A stretch of DNA of 64,000 nucleotides from NCBI RefSeq assembly GCF_044647545.1, contig NZ_CP172818.1. The stretch is one strand, 5' to 3'. Position 1 is the first letter of the stretch; every line of letters begins with the position of its first letter. The stretch is from Escherichia coli (lineage in GTDB: Bacteria; Pseudomonadota; Gammaproteobacteria; Enterobacterales; Enterobacteriaceae). A model generated the notes under the pieces. The model worked only from the letters and a program-made list of their open reading frames with translations, made no database searches and was not told the origin of the DNA. Made by a program: the position numbers and the translations under genes. Below, in pieces: positions 32,257 through 43,304 of this stretch.

Positions 32257-32311
32257 TCTTACAGTTGTAGTTATTATCGCAAGAAGTATTTTAGTCTTAC
32301 AATTGTAGGAA
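32257..32311. promoter_or_regulatory. Two EvgA-box-like repeats in the yfdX promoter
   Basis: TCTTACAGTTGTAG (32257-32270) and TCTTACAATTGTAGGAA (32295-32311), about 100-150 bp upstream of the yfdX start. Confidence 0.55.
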
Positions 32312-32453
32312 TATGCTTCCTGTCACAGAGAACTATTCTTATATACCAAAAAGAGATGTCATTTATTATATCGATGTAAATACTGATTAATTATATGTAA
32401 ATACAGCAATAACGTCGTAGGTTTTCAGTGAACCATTTTCAGGATAACTTTCT

Positions 32454-32729
32454 ATGAAAGTAAACTTAATGCTTTTTAGCTTATTTTTATTGGTCTCTAT
32501 TATGGCATGCAATGTTTTTGCATTTTCTATTTCTGGTGGTGGTAGTGAGGCGAGCTATAAAGAGACAGAAAAAACGTCAGCGATGACGACAACTCACTCT
32601 ACAAAATTTCAGCCATCACAGGCGATTTTGTTAAAAATGAGAGAAGATGCGCCACCATTAAACCTCACAGAAGAAATTCCGCCCCCTTTTCCGACAAAGG
32701 CGAATTATCTTATCCATCCTGTGCGATAG
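32454..32729 (+). CDS. ypdI: Small lipoprotein YpdI
   Basis: 91 aa with signal/lipobox-like N-terminus (LVSIMAC). Confidence 0.75.
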   Translation: MKVNLMLFSLFLLVSIMACNVFAFSISGGGSEASYKETEKTSAMTTTHSTKFQPSQAILLKMREDAPPLNLTEEIPPPFPTKANYLIHPVR

Positions 32730-32805
32730 CGTCTGTCACACGGCAGGTGAACAATCATGTCTGATGCTGATGTGAACACCTGCCCAAATGATCCATCCTG
32801 AACTA

Positions 32806-33048
32806 CTACCGCCTGCCATACCCCACCATAAAGCGAATCATCAAGCCACAAGCCGGGGCAAGAAACATAAATATCCCCGTCACTAGTTCATTACCGCCAG
32901 TTAACCACATGGTGAAGTAGTAAATGAGTGCAGCGAGGATCACCATGCCGAAGAAAGAAGAGACCGCCGAGACCACGTTCAGTACCTGACCGATGTATCC
33001 GCTTACGCAGACAATACACAGGGCGAGAAACATCCATAAATAAATCAT
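32806..33048 (-). CDS. yfdY: Small inner-membrane protein YfdY
   Basis: 80 aa, two predicted TM helices. Confidence 0.75.
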   Translation of the reverse strand: MIYLWMFLALCIVCVSGYIGQVLNVVSAVSSFFGMVILAALIYYFTMWLTGGNELVTGIFMFLAPACGLMIRFMVGYGRR

Positions 33049-33400
33049 AGCTCAACCTCCTGCCGCGCTAAAAAACCTGTAACTTCAGTCACTTTAATAG
33101 TAAGACAATCCTTAACCTCTGGCAATTTTTGCTAAGCATCAATGAAAACAGCACGTTAAATGCAACGCTATTGCGTGCGGAAAACTTTTTACTTTGCACG
33201 ATTAATAATCAGTAGCTGAAAGCAGTCAGCCAGTGATAAAGTAGAGCCACCGCATTCATGCTCCTCGTGGTTATGTCCTGACTAGTCTTTACACTCTTTA
33301 CAGGAACCATTGTCGTACATGATGGCCCAACCAATTGAGTGTACCGCTGTCGACATGGAATCTTCTGCGATACAACAATTCGTATCTACAGAAGGTAACT

Positions 33401-34321
33401 ATGTTTCCACAATGCAAATTTTCCCGCGAGTTTCTGCATCCTCGCTACTGGCTCACGTGGTTTGGGCTTGGTGTACTCTGGCTTTGGGTACAGCTTCCTT
33501 ATCCTGTTCTCTGCTTTCTCGGCACGCGTATCGGCACAATGGCGCGACCATTCCTGAAACGTCGTGAATCTATCGCCCGTAAAAACCTGGAACTTTGCTT
33601 CCCACAGCATTCTGCGGAAGAACGCGAGAAGATGATTGCCGAAAACTTTCGTTCACTCGGCATGGCGCTGGTAGAAACCGGCATGGCATGGTTCTGGCCC
33701 GACAGTCGCGTACGTAAATGGTTTGATGTTGAAGGGTTGGATAACCTTAAACGCGCACAAATGCAAAATCGCGGCGTAATGGTTGTCGGCGTCCATTTTA
33801 TGTCGCTGGAACTGGGCGGCCGCGTGATGGGACTGTGCCAACCAATGATGGCCACCTATCGTCCACATAATAATCAGCTGATGGAATGGGTGCAGACCCG
33901 TGGTCGCATGCGCTCTAACAAAGCGATGATCGGCAGAAATAATCTGCGCGGCATTGTCGGTGCACTGAAGAAAGGTGAAGCGGTATGGTTTGCTCCCGAT
34001 CAGGATTATGGTCGTAAAGGCAGCTCCTTCGCGCCGTTCTTTGCGGTGGAAAATGTCGCCACAACCAATGGCACCTATGTCCTCTCTCGTCTCTCTGGCG
34101 CAGCCATGTTGACCGTAACGATGGTAAGAAAAGCGGATTACAGCGGATATCGTTTGTACATCACCCCAGAGATGGAAGGCTACCCGGCAGATGAAAATCA
34201 AGCCGCTGCCTATATGAACAAGATTATCGAAAAAGAGATCATGCGCGCACCGGAGCAGTACCTCTGGATCCACCGTCGCTTTAAAACGCGCCCGGTGGGA
34301 GAATCGTCGCTATACATTTAA
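33401..34321 (+). CDS. lpxP: Lipid A palmitoleoyl-ACP acyltransferase LpxP (cold-induced LpxL paralog)
   Basis: ORF 33335-34321; HtrB/MsbB late-acyltransferase family; start chosen at MFPQCKF (306 aa). Confidence 0.85.
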   Translation: MFPQCKFSREFLHPRYWLTWFGLGVLWLWVQLPYPVLCFLGTRIGTMARPFLKRRESIARKNLELCFPQHSAEEREKMIAENFRSLGMALVETGMAWFWPDSRVRKWFDVEGLDNLKRAQMQNRGVMVVGVHFMSLELGGRVMGLCQPMMATYRPHNNQLMEWVQTRGRMRSNKAMIGRNNLRGIVGALKKGEAVWFAPDQDYGRKGSSFAPFFAVENVATTNGTYVLSRLSGAAMLTVTMVRKADYSGYRLYITPEMEGYPADENQAAAYMNKIIEKEIMRAPEQYLWIHRRFKTRPVGESSLYI

Positions 34322-34676
34322 CAAACTGCTCTTACTCTTTCCCTCCTCAAATCAGCCATAATAACCTCATGGTTTTTATGGCTTTTTTCTTAAGGTTTTT
34401 TCCTTCGCTGAATCTCTAATTATTACCGTCAGAAATTAAACTGTCGCCGATATGAGACACCTGTAAGTTACTAAAAGTAAATAAGAAAATGCCTCTTGTC
34501 TCGTTTCAGTTTTAGGCGTACATTAGCGCCGTCTGGAGCAGTTTAGCTCAGAATTCTGGGGTGATGCCCACGGTAAAATACAGGACTTTTAAGGTCGTTT
34601 TGCCCGGTGTCAACTCACTGTATCAGGTGTAATGAAGTCATTCAGGCGTAACAGTAATTACGCGGAGAGATGTAAA

Positions 34677-34748
34677 GTGAAATATTTCTTTATGGGCATT
34701 TCTTTTATGGTCATCGTTTGGGCCGGTACTTTTGCCCTGATGATCTAA
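34677..34748 (+). CDS. ypdK: 23-aa small membrane protein YpdK
   Basis: GTG start after GGAGAG RBS; VKYFFMGISFMVIVWAGTFALMI* is a single hydrophobic helix; below the ORF-track length cutoff. Confidence 0.6.
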   Translation: MKYFFMGISFMVIVWAGTFALMI

Positions 34749-34765
34749 AAGCAAACTGTGCAATG

Positions 34766-34800
34766 AAAAACAGGAGCCATCTGGCTCCTGTTTGCATTTC
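34766..34800. terminator. Bidirectional terminator between ypdK and alaC
   Basis: CAGGAGCC-ATCT-GGCTCCTG hairpin flanked by an A-run and a T-rich tail. Confidence 0.7.
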
Positions 34801-34812
34801 TGTCGATGGTGT

Positions 34813-36051
34813 TTATTCCGCGTTTTCGTGAATATGTTTGCTGCTGGCGGGTAGTAAACCGTCGGCACGGAACATCGCTTTAATTCCACGAATCGCCTGG
34901 CGAATACGATCGCGGTTTTCAATCAGTGCAAAGCGAACATGGGTGTCGCCGTAGTCGCCAAAGCCAATCCCTGGAGAGACACAGACCTTCGCTTCGTTAA
35001 GCATTTTCTTGGCAAATTCCAGTGAACCCATGGCCGCATACGGTTCCGGGATTTTCGCCCAGACATACATCGAAGCCTTCGGCATTTCGACCATCCAGCC
35101 CGCTTCATGCAGCCCTTTTACCAGTACATCACGGCGGCGTTTGTACTGTTCGGCAATGTCGCGCACGCACTGTTGATCGCCCTCCAGCGCCGCAATCGCT
35201 GCCACCTGCAACGGCGTAAAGGTGCCGTAATCGTGATAGCTTTTAATACGTGCCAACGCGCTGACCAGCGTTTTGTTACCGACCATAAAGCCGATACGCC
35301 AGCCCGCCATGTTGTAGCTTTTCGACAGCGTAAAGAACTCGACTGCCACATCGCGTGCACCTGGCACCTGCATGATTGACGGCGCTTTCCAGCCATCGTA
35401 GACGATGTCCGCATAGGCCAGGTCATGGACCACCAGCACATCGTAGCGTTTCGCCAGCGCCACTACTTTTTCGAAGAACTCCAGCTCCACGCATTGCGCG
35501 GTTGGGTTCGACGGGAAGCCGAGGATCATCATCTTCGGTTTTGGATAACTTTCGCGAATGGCGCGTTCCAGTTCGTTGAAGAAATCGACACCTTCCACCA
35601 GCGGCACTGAGCGTACCTGCGCCCCGGCAATCACCGCGCCGTAAATATGAATCGGGTAGCTTGGATTAGGCACCAGTACAGTGTCACCATGATCCAGCGT
35701 CGCCAGCATCAGATGCGCCAGGCCCTCTTTCGAACCAATAGTGACGATGGCTTCTGATTCCGGGTCGATTTCAACGTCGTAGCGATCCTGATACCAGCGG
35801 GAAATGGCGCGACGTAGCCGCGGAATGCCGCGTGAAGTGGAGTAACCATGCGTGTCCGGGCGCTGGGCCACCGTACATAATTTTTCGACGATATGCGGCG
35901 GAGTCGCACCGTCCGGGTTACCCATACTGAAATCGATAATATCTTCGCCGCGCCGACGCGCAGCCATTTTCAGTTCAGCGGTAATGTTAAAAACGTAGGG
36001 CGGGAGACGATCAATACGCGTAAAGCGACGTTCAGGGCGAGTGTCAGCCAT
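34813..36051 (-). CDS. alaC: Glutamate-pyruvate aminotransferase AlaC (YfdZ)
   Basis: 412 aa class I/II aminotransferase (PLP-lysine region [12 protein letters not shown]). Confidence 0.9.
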   Translation of the reverse strand: MADTRPERRFTRIDRLPPYVFNITAELKMAARRRGEDIIDFSMGNPDGATPPHIVEKLCTVAQRPDTHGYSTSRGIPRLRRAISRWYQDRYDVEIDPESEAIVTIGSKEGLAHLMLATLDHGDTVLVPNPSYPIHIYGAVIAGAQVRSVPLVEGVDFFNELERAIRESYPKPKMMILGFPSNPTAQCVELEFFEKVVALAKRYDVLVVHDLAYADIVYDGWKAPSIMQVPGARDVAVEFFTLSKSYNMAGWRIGFMVGNKTLVSALARIKSYHDYGTFTPLQVAAIAALEGDQQCVRDIAEQYKRRRDVLVKGLHEAGWMVEMPKASMYVWAKIPEPYAAMGSLEFAKKMLNEAKVCVSPGIGFGDYGDTHVRFALIENRDRIRQAIRGIKAMFRADGLLPASSKHIHENAE

Positions 36052-36427
36052 AATGTCCTCAGATTAACGTTAGCGCCCGGACCGTCCGAGCGACGCTGCC
36101 ACGATGGTGGCTGTTTTGAAAATAGCCTGATTAATTTCTGTCTGTCCAGCGTTTTAGAACATTTTTATCAATGGCTTTAAATGAGGAACTCCACTTCAAA
36201 AACAGGAAATTTATCTGCGCTAACAAGAAAATTACCACTCATTTTATTAACATTATAATTTCAATAAATTTACCAAGCAGATGTGCATTATCAAGAGATG
36301 CATTGCTAATACACCATTTATCCTTCAATCCCCTTTTAAAATTGTGGTTTTTCCTCAAAAACGGCCTGCTGGTCATCAGCCTTCAGGTTACCTATCATAG
36401 AGGTTTAATCCTTATTCAGAGTCACCC

Positions 36428-38125
36428 GTGCACGAAATATTCAACATGCTGCTGGCGGTCTTCGATCGGGCAGCGTTAATGCTTATCTGCCTGTTTTTTC
36501 TCATCCGTATCCGCCTGTTTCGCGAACTGTTGCACAAGTCGGCACACTCACCGAAAGAGCTGCTCGCCGTTACCGCCATTTTCTCGCTGTTCGCCCTGTT
36601 CAGCACCTGGTCCGGAGTTCCCGTAGAAGGCTCGCTGGTGAACGTACGTATTATCGCGGTGATGTCAGGCGGGATTCTGTTTGGCCCGTGGGTGGGCATC
36701 ATTACCGGCGTGATTGCGGGTATTCATCGTTATTTAATTGACATCGGCGGCGTGACGGCGATCCCCTGCTTTATCACCAGCATTCTGGCGGGTTGTATAT
36801 CGGGCTGGATCAACCTGAAAATCCCCAAAGCACAGCGCTGGCGCGTCGGTATTCTCGGCGGCATGTTATGTGAAACGTTGACCATGATTCTGGTGATTGT
36901 CTGGGCACCAACTACCGCGTTGGGGATCGATATCGTCTCTAAAATCGGCATTCCAATGATCCTCGGTAGCGTCTGTATCGGCTTTATTGTGCTGCTGGTG
37001 CAAAGCGTTGAGGGCGAAAAAGAGGCCAGCGCCGCGCGGCAGGCCAAGCTGGCGCTGGATATCGCCAACAAAACGCTGCCGCTGTTTCGCCATGTCAATA
37101 GCGAGTCATTACGCAAGGTCTGCGAAATTATCCGCGATGACATTCACGCCGATGCGGTGGCGATTACAAATACCGATCATGTGCTGGCCTATGTTGGCGT
37201 GGGTGAGCATAACTATCAGAATGGCGATGATTTCATTAGCCCGACTACCCGCCAGGCGATGAATTACGGAAAAATCATCATTAAAAACAATGATGAAGCC
37301 CACCGCACACCAGAGATTCATTCCATGCTGGTGATCCCATTGTGGGAGAAAGGCGTTGTGACCGGAACGCTGAAAATTTACTACTGCCACGCGCATCAGA
37401 TAACCTCGTCATTACAGGAAATGGCGGTCGGTCTGTCACAAATCATCTCCACGCAACTGGAGGTTTCGCGCGCTGAGCAGCTGCGTGAAATGGCAAATAA
37501 GGCAGAGCTTCGCGCCCTGCAAAGCAAAATTAATCCCCATTTCCTGTTTAACGCTTTGAACGCTATTTCATCGTCAATCCGCCTGAATCCGGATACTGCT
37601 CGCCAGCTGATCTTTAATTTGTCGCGCTATCTGCGCTATAACATTGAATTAAAAGATGATGAGCAAATCGATATCAAAAAAGAGCTGTATCAAATTAAAG
37701 ACTATATTGCCATTGAGCAGGCCCGCTTTGGCGACAAGCTGACGGTTATCTATGATATTGATGAAGAGGTGAATTGCTGCATTCCCAGCCTGCTGATCCA
37801 GCCGTTGGTGGAAAACGCCATTGTCCACGGTATCCAGCCTTGCAAAGGTAAAGGCGTTGTCACCATCAGCGTTGCAGAGTGCGGTAATCGGGTACGTATT
37901 GCGGTGCGAGATACCGGGCACGGCATCGATCCAAAGGTGATTGAGCGGGTCGAAGCGAATGAAATGCCGGGCAATAAAATTGGCCTGCTGAATGTCCATC
38001 ATCGCGTGAAGTTATTGTATGGCGAGGGGCTGCATATCCGCCGCCTGGAACCAGGAACGGAAATTGCGTTTTACATTCCTAACCAACGCACCCCAGTCGC
38101 CTCACAGGCTACCTTATTGCTTTGA
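36428..38125 (+). CDS. ypdA: LytS-type sensor histidine kinase YpdA
   Basis: 565 aa; 5TM-LytS N-terminus, GAF-like region, His_kinase motif ([10 protein letters not shown]), HATPase. Confidence 0.9.
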
Positions 38126-38139
38126 GCCGGAGTGATATT

Positions 38140-38874
38140 GTGAAAGTCATCATTGTTGAAGACGAATTCCTGGCACAACAGGAACTGAGCTGGCTAATTA
38201 AAGAGCACAGCCAGATGGAGATTGTCGGCACCTTTGACGACGGTCTGGACGTGTTGAAGTTTTTGCAGCATAACCGCGTCGACGCCATTTTTCTGGATAT
38301 CAATATTCCGTCGCTGGATGGTGTGTTGCTGGCACAAAACATCAGCCAGTTCGCCCATAAACCGTTTATTGTGTTTATCACCGCGTGGAAAGAACATGCG
38401 GTAGAAGCGTTTGAACTGGAGGCGTTTGACTACATTCTCAAACCGTATCAGGAGTCACGCATTACCGGGATGCTGCAAAAACTGGAAGCAGCCTGGCAAC
38501 AACAGCAGACCAGCAGTACGCCTGCCGCGACGGTAACGCGTGAGAATGACACCATTAATCTGGTGAAAGATGAGCGAATCATCGTCACGCCCATTAACGA
38601 TATCTATTACGCCGAAGCGCATGAGAAAATGACCTTTGTCTATACGCGGCGTGAATCCTACGTAATGCCGATGAACATTACCGAGTTTTGCAGCAAGCTG
38701 CCGCCGTCGCATTTTTTCCGCTGCCATCGCTCATTTTGTGTCAATCTGAACAAAATCCGCGAGATCGAACCGTGGTTTAATAACACCTATATTCTGCGGC
38801 TGAAAGATCTGGATTTTGAAGTGCCGGTCAGCCGCAGCAAAGTTAAAGAATTCCGCCAGTTAATGCATCTTTAA
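38140..38874 (+). CDS. ypdB: LytTR-family response regulator YpdB
   Basis: ORF from 38122 (TTG); probable GTG start at 38140 gives 244 aa; receiver plus LytTR DNA-binding domain. Confidence 0.85.
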   Translation: MKVIIVEDEFLAQQELSWLIKEHSQMEIVGTFDDGLDVLKFLQHNRVDAIFLDINIPSLDGVLLAQNISQFAHKPFIVFITAWKEHAVEAFELEAFDYILKPYQESRITGMLQKLEAAWQQQQTSSTPAATVTRENDTINLVKDERIIVTPINDIYYAEAHEKMTFVYTRRESYVMPMNITEFCSKLPPSHFFRCHRSFCVNLNKIREIEPWFNNTYILRLKDLDFEVPVSRSKVKEFRQLMHL

Positions 38875-38886
38875 TCGGGAACTTTC

Positions 38887-39744
38887 ATGAAAGCACCAGG
38901 CTTGCCCGCCGATCAACAATTTTTCGCCGATCTGTTCAGCGGCCTGGTGCTTAACCCGCAACTACTGGGGCGCGTCTGGTTTGCCAGCCAGCCTGCCTCA
39001 TTGCCAGTGGGCAGTTTATGTATTGATTTTCCCCGTCTGGATATCGTGCTACGCGGCGAATACGGCAACCTGCTGGAAGCAAAGCAGCAGCGAATGGTGG
39101 AAGGAGAAATGCTGTTTATTCCGGCGCGCGCGGCTAATTTACCGGTCAACAACAAACCGGTGATGCTGTTAAGCCTGGTGTTCGCACCGACCTGGCTTGG
39201 GTTATCGTTTTACGATAGCCGCACCACGTCGTTGTTGCATCCTGCCCGCCAGATCCAGCTTCCCAGCCTGCAACGCGGTGAAGGTGAAGCGATGCTTACC
39301 GCCCTCACCCATCTTAGCCGTTCGCCGCTGGAGCAGAATATCATTCAGCCACTGGTGTTAAGTTTGCTGCATCTTTGCCGTAACGTGGTGAATATGCCGC
39401 CGGGCAATTCGCAGCCGCGCGGCGATTTTCTCTATCACAGCATTTGTAACTGGGTTCAGGATAATTATGCCCAGCCGCTCACCCGCGAGAGCGTGGCGCA
39501 GTTTTTTAATATCACGCCCAATCATCTGTCAAAACTGTTTGCTCAGCATGGAACAATGCGTTTTATCGAGTATGTTCGCTGGGTACGAATGGCAAAGGCA
39601 AGGATGATTTTGCAGAAATATCATCTGTCGATTCATGATGTGGCACAGCGTTGCGGTTTTCCGGACAGCGACTATTTTTGTCGCGTTTTCCGGCGTCAGT
39701 TTGGCCTGACGCCGGGAGAGTACAGCGCCCGTTTTCAGGGCTAA
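38887..39744 (+). CDS. ypdC: AraC-family transcriptional regulator YpdC
   Basis: 285 aa with C-terminal AraC-type HTH. Confidence 0.85.
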   Translation: MKAPGLPADQQFFADLFSGLVLNPQLLGRVWFASQPASLPVGSLCIDFPRLDIVLRGEYGNLLEAKQQRMVEGEMLFIPARAANLPVNNKPVMLLSLVFAPTWLGLSFYDSRTTSLLHPARQIQLPSLQRGEGEAMLTALTHLSRSPLEQNIIQPLVLSLLHLCRNVVNMPPGNSQPRGDFLYHSICNWVQDNYAQPLTRESVAQFFNITPNHLSKLFAQHGTMRFIEYVRWVRMAKARMILQKYHLSIHDVAQRCGFPDSDYFCRVFRRQFGLTPGEYSARFQG

Positions 39745-39746
39745 CG

Positions 39747-42242
39747 TCAGAAGGTTAATTCCGTTTCCAGCAGCGTCAGGATGCTTTGCGCATCTTGCGC
39801 GGCAAACAACGACTGGCGGAAGTTTTTATTCACCAGTTTGCGCGCCAGCTGCGAGAAGACTTTCACATGATTCATCCCTTCGTTAGCGCCCAGTGTCAGC
39901 ATGATCACCAGTTCGACTTCGCCCATTTCTGACTGCCAGTCAACCGGTTTCACCAGCCGGGCAATGCTGATACTGGAATGACGGATCCACTGAGATTTGG
40001 TGTGCGGGATCGCTACGCCAAAACCAACGCCGGTGGTAACAATCTCTTCCCGCTGCCAGACATCTTCTTCCAGCTCAAACGGATGTTCAGTACGCCCGTT
40101 AACACCAAGGTTGCCGCACAGGAACTGGATCGCCTGCTCTTTATTACTAAAGTCATGATCAACAAAGATATTCTCCAGCGCCAGCAGTGGGCGAACGTCT
40201 TCTTCCGGCGTAAAGGCGGTGAGTAACGCTTCAATCTCCTGCGCGCTGCGGCATTCACATGCCTGACGCGCCAGTTCCCGACACGCCTCGCTATCCAGTT
40301 GACGAAGCTGGCTTTTCACCGCCGGAATGCGCGGGCTACTCATACTCAGCTCGTCTAGGCCCAGCCCAAGCAGTAGCGGAAGATAACGGCTTTCACCGCC
40401 CAGTTCACCGCAAATACCTACCCATTTACCCCGCTGATGCGCAGTGGTAACAATCTGCTGCAACATGCGCAGGAACGATGGCGTAATCGGGTTATACAGC
40501 GGCGATACGCGCGGGTTATTACGATCGACCGCATACAGATACTGGGTCATATCGTTGGAGCCGATACTGAAGAAATCGACCTCATCGCAGAAGTGATCGA
40601 TGATGTAGCACACCGACGGCACTTCCACCATGATACCCAGCGTAATCGTCTCTGCATGACGCAGGCCATCGCGCTTAAGCTCAACGATCGCTTTTTGGAT
40701 CTCGCCCTTCACCCATAAGATCTGATCGAGGCTGTGAACCATCGGGATCATCAACTGGGCGTTGCCGAAACTGGCGGCGCGCAAAATGGCCCGCAGTTGA
40801 GTGCGAAACAGGCCAGCAAATTCCGGGTAAATACGTACCGCGCGATAGCCGAGGAACGGGTTCTCTTCCTGGGGAATATTCAGATAAGGAATGCTTTTAT
40901 CGCCGCCGATGTCCATCGTGCGGAAGATAATCGGCTTGTCGCCCGCCGCCAGTAGCACCTGCTGGTAGGCTTCAAATTGCTCCTGCTCGTCCGGCGCGCT
41001 GTCGCGATCCATATAGAGCATTTCGGTACGGAACAGCCCGACACCTTCCGCGCCGTTGGCAAACGCGCCTGGCGCTTCCAGAGCGGTGCCGATATTCGCC
41101 GCAATATCAATACGCTTGTTATCACGGGAATAGGCCAGCTGCGCGGCGGCCTGCGCCTGTTGTTTTTGGCGTTTATCCGCCAGCGTCTGCGCGACCTGAT
41201 AATAACCGCTCACCGCGTCATTCGGGTTAATCGCCAGCACGCCGCACTGGGCGTCAAGCACTGCCGGTTGCCCGGCATAGCGCGCGATCGCATCCAGCGG
41301 CAAGCCACTCAGTACCGGGATCGCCGAGGCACGGGCCAGAATCAGGGTATGCGAGGTGCGCCCGGTTTTCTCCAGAATCATGCCCGCAAGATTTTTTAAA
41401 TCGAGGCTCAAAAACTGGCTTGGGGTTAAATCTTCAGCCACCAGAATAGTCGGTTTTTCCAGCACCAGATTGTTGCGCGGTTTCAGTTCCGGCCAGGTGA
41501 TATGCAGCAACTGTTCGCTGATATCGCGAATGTCGCTGACCCGCTCGCGCAGATAATCACTGGCAGAAGCAGATAGTTTGGCGCAAACCTGCTCCATATT
41601 GCTGATGATCGCTGCACCCAGCCCCTGATGTTGTTCTGTCATCAGGCGACGGATATTGCCTGCAAATTCATCATCCTGAATCAGCGACAAATGGGCGCTG
41701 AGAATGGTTTTGCTTTCGCCGTCACGCTCGCGCAATTGCTGGTTCAGTTGCTCGGCAAGCGTTGCCAGGCTGTGCTCCAGCCGGGTGGAATCTTGCGCAC
41801 TGGCGGGGATCGCCCGGTAACTGTCGAGGCTGTCGCTCTGTAACAGGGTCAGCGTACCCACGCCAACGCCGCTTGCCAGCACGTTGCCGTACAGTAAATC
41901 CGGGTTCAGGCGGCTTAATGAACGCGGCAGCGGATGCGCCGTCAGTTCTGCCTGCGTTGGCTGGACGCTGTCGCTGTCGATAAAGCGCACCTGGATGTAC
42001 TCTTCCAGCACGCGCCGCGCCTGCTCTTCATCGCTGCCGCTAATGTTCAGGCTGCAACTGTCATTAAATAGGGTGCCGGTGCCAATCAGCGCCAGCGAGC
42101 TTTTGGCATCAGCCCTGGCGTTCTGGCGATGATTAATAAAGGTGACTTCACTTTGCCACTGGCTGCACTGCTCTTTAAGTTCCCACGCCGGACGAGCATG
42201 CAGACCGTTTGGCAAAGGACAGAGAAATTGAATCGTTAACAT
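39747..42242 (-). CDS. fryA: PTS multiphosphoryl transfer protein FryA (HPr-EI-IIA fusion)
   Basis: 831 aa with HPr-like N-terminus, enzyme I PEP-utilising domain and C-terminal IIA(Fru)-like domain. Confidence 0.9.
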   Translation of the reverse strand: MLTIQFLCPLPNGLHARPAWELKEQCSQWQSEVTFINHRQNARADAKSSLALIGTGTLFNDSCSLNISGSDEEQARRVLEEYIQVRFIDSDSVQPTQAELTAHPLPRSLSRLNPDLLYGNVLASGVGVGTLTLLQSDSLDSYRAIPASAQDSTRLEHSLATLAEQLNQQLRERDGESKTILSAHLSLIQDDEFAGNIRRLMTEQHQGLGAAIISNMEQVCAKLSASASDYLRERVSDIRDISEQLLHITWPELKPRNNLVLEKPTILVAEDLTPSQFLSLDLKNLAGMILEKTGRTSHTLILARASAIPVLSGLPLDAIARYAGQPAVLDAQCGVLAINPNDAVSGYYQVAQTLADKRQKQQAQAAAQLAYSRDNKRIDIAANIGTALEAPGAFANGAEGVGLFRTEMLYMDRDSAPDEQEQFEAYQQVLLAAGDKPIIFRTMDIGGDKSIPYLNIPQEENPFLGYRAVRIYPEFAGLFRTQLRAILRAASFGNAQLMIPMVHSLDQILWVKGEIQKAIVELKRDGLRHAETITLGIMVEVPSVCYIIDHFCDEVDFFSIGSNDMTQYLYAVDRNNPRVSPLYNPITPSFLRMLQQIVTTAHQRGKWVGICGELGGESRYLPLLLGLGLDELSMSSPRIPAVKSQLRQLDSEACRELARQACECRSAQEIEALLTAFTPEEDVRPLLALENIFVDHDFSNKEQAIQFLCGNLGVNGRTEHPFELEEDVWQREEIVTTGVGFGVAIPHTKSQWIRHSSISIARLVKPVDWQSEMGEVELVIMLTLGANEGMNHVKVFSQLARKLVNKNFRQSLFAAQDAQSILTLLETELTF

Positions 42243-42266
42243 AACCGCTCCGGGTTAATCAGGAGA

Positions 42267-43304
42267 TCATCTGAAATCCGTCAGTTGAACAACCGTCTCA
42301 CGGGTAAGACGTTGAATAAGGGCAGATAAAAGCTGCTGCATCTGCAAAATGTCGCGGCAGTCGGCAATCGATGCGGCGCAATGTCCGTGGCGGGTTGCTG
42401 GCCCCATCACCACTGTGGGTACGCCAGTGCCGGTTAAATGCACCGCCCCGCCGTCCGTTCCGCCGTTGCTGAACATATCGGCCTGCAACGGCACGCCAAT
42501 TTCTGCCGCCACGGTTTCAATCCACGCGGTAAGTTTTGGCGGCGCAATCAGCGACTTGTCGCTTAACACCAGCATCGGCCCGTTACCAATCTGGCGATGG
42601 TTAGCCGCGCCATAATCAAAGTTTTTCGCCCAGCAGGCGGTATCAAGCACAATGGCGACATCCGGCGACACCGCGCGGGTGGCAGTTTGCCCGCCGCGTA
42701 ATCCCACCTCTTCGCTGGAACTTGCCACCAGCCACACTTCCGCAGGCAGTTCGGCGTCGTGCAGCTCACGCAGTAACGTCACCAGCAGATAGCAACCGAG
42801 GCGGTCATCAAAGGCTTTCCCCATTACCCGCTGGTGAGGGAGAACCTGAAAAGTGGTATCAAAGGTGACGCGATCGCCTGGACGAATTCCCGCCTGCATC
42901 ACTTCGTCACACGAGCGCGCGCCAATGTCCACGCGCATGGTGCTGACGTCATTCCCCTGCCGGTCGCCGTCAAGCAGGCCTGGAATTTTGCACTCTTCAC
43001 GGGTAGTGATACGCACCGACTGAAGCTGGCGGGCAGCCATGCGTACATTGCCAACCGGCAACACATCGATCGCCCCTTCGCGGGAGATGCTGCGCACCAT
43101 AAATCCCACTTCGTCCATATGCGCACAGATCATCACCTTCGGACCTGTCGATTCATTGAGGCGGATCAGCACCGATCCCAGGCCGTCAAATCGCACTTCT
43201 TTTTGCAGGCGATCCGCTTCTTCCAGCAGGATCTGCCGTACTTCCTGTTCCGAGGAGGCGATCGCATCTGCCTCGCTCAACGCTTTTAATAACGATAAAT
43301 CCAT
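42267..43304 (-). CDS. ypdE: M42-family aminopeptidase YpdE
   Basis: 345 aa, FrvX/M42 peptidase-like. Confidence 0.85.
   Translation of the reverse strand: MDLSLLKALSEADAIASSEQEVRQILLEEADRLQKEVRFDGLGSVLIRLNESTGPKVMICAHMDEVGFMVRSISREGAIDVLPVGNVRMAARQLQSVRITTREECKIPGLLDGDRQGNDVSTMRVDIGARSCDEVMQAGIRPGDRVTFDTTFQVLPHQRVMGKAFDDRLGCYLLVTLLRELHDAELPAEVWLVASSSEEVGLRGGQTATRAVSPDVAIVLDTACWAKNFDYGAANHRQIGNGPMLVLSDKSLIAPPKLTAWIETVAAEIGVPLQADMFSNGGTDGGAVHLTGTGVPTVVMGPATRHGHCAASIADCRDILQMQQLLSALIQRLTRETVVQLTDFR

Noticed and set aside
33653-34273. 206-aa minus-strand ORF inside lpxP
   Set aside because: Antisense to lpxP; no RBS or conserved motifs.
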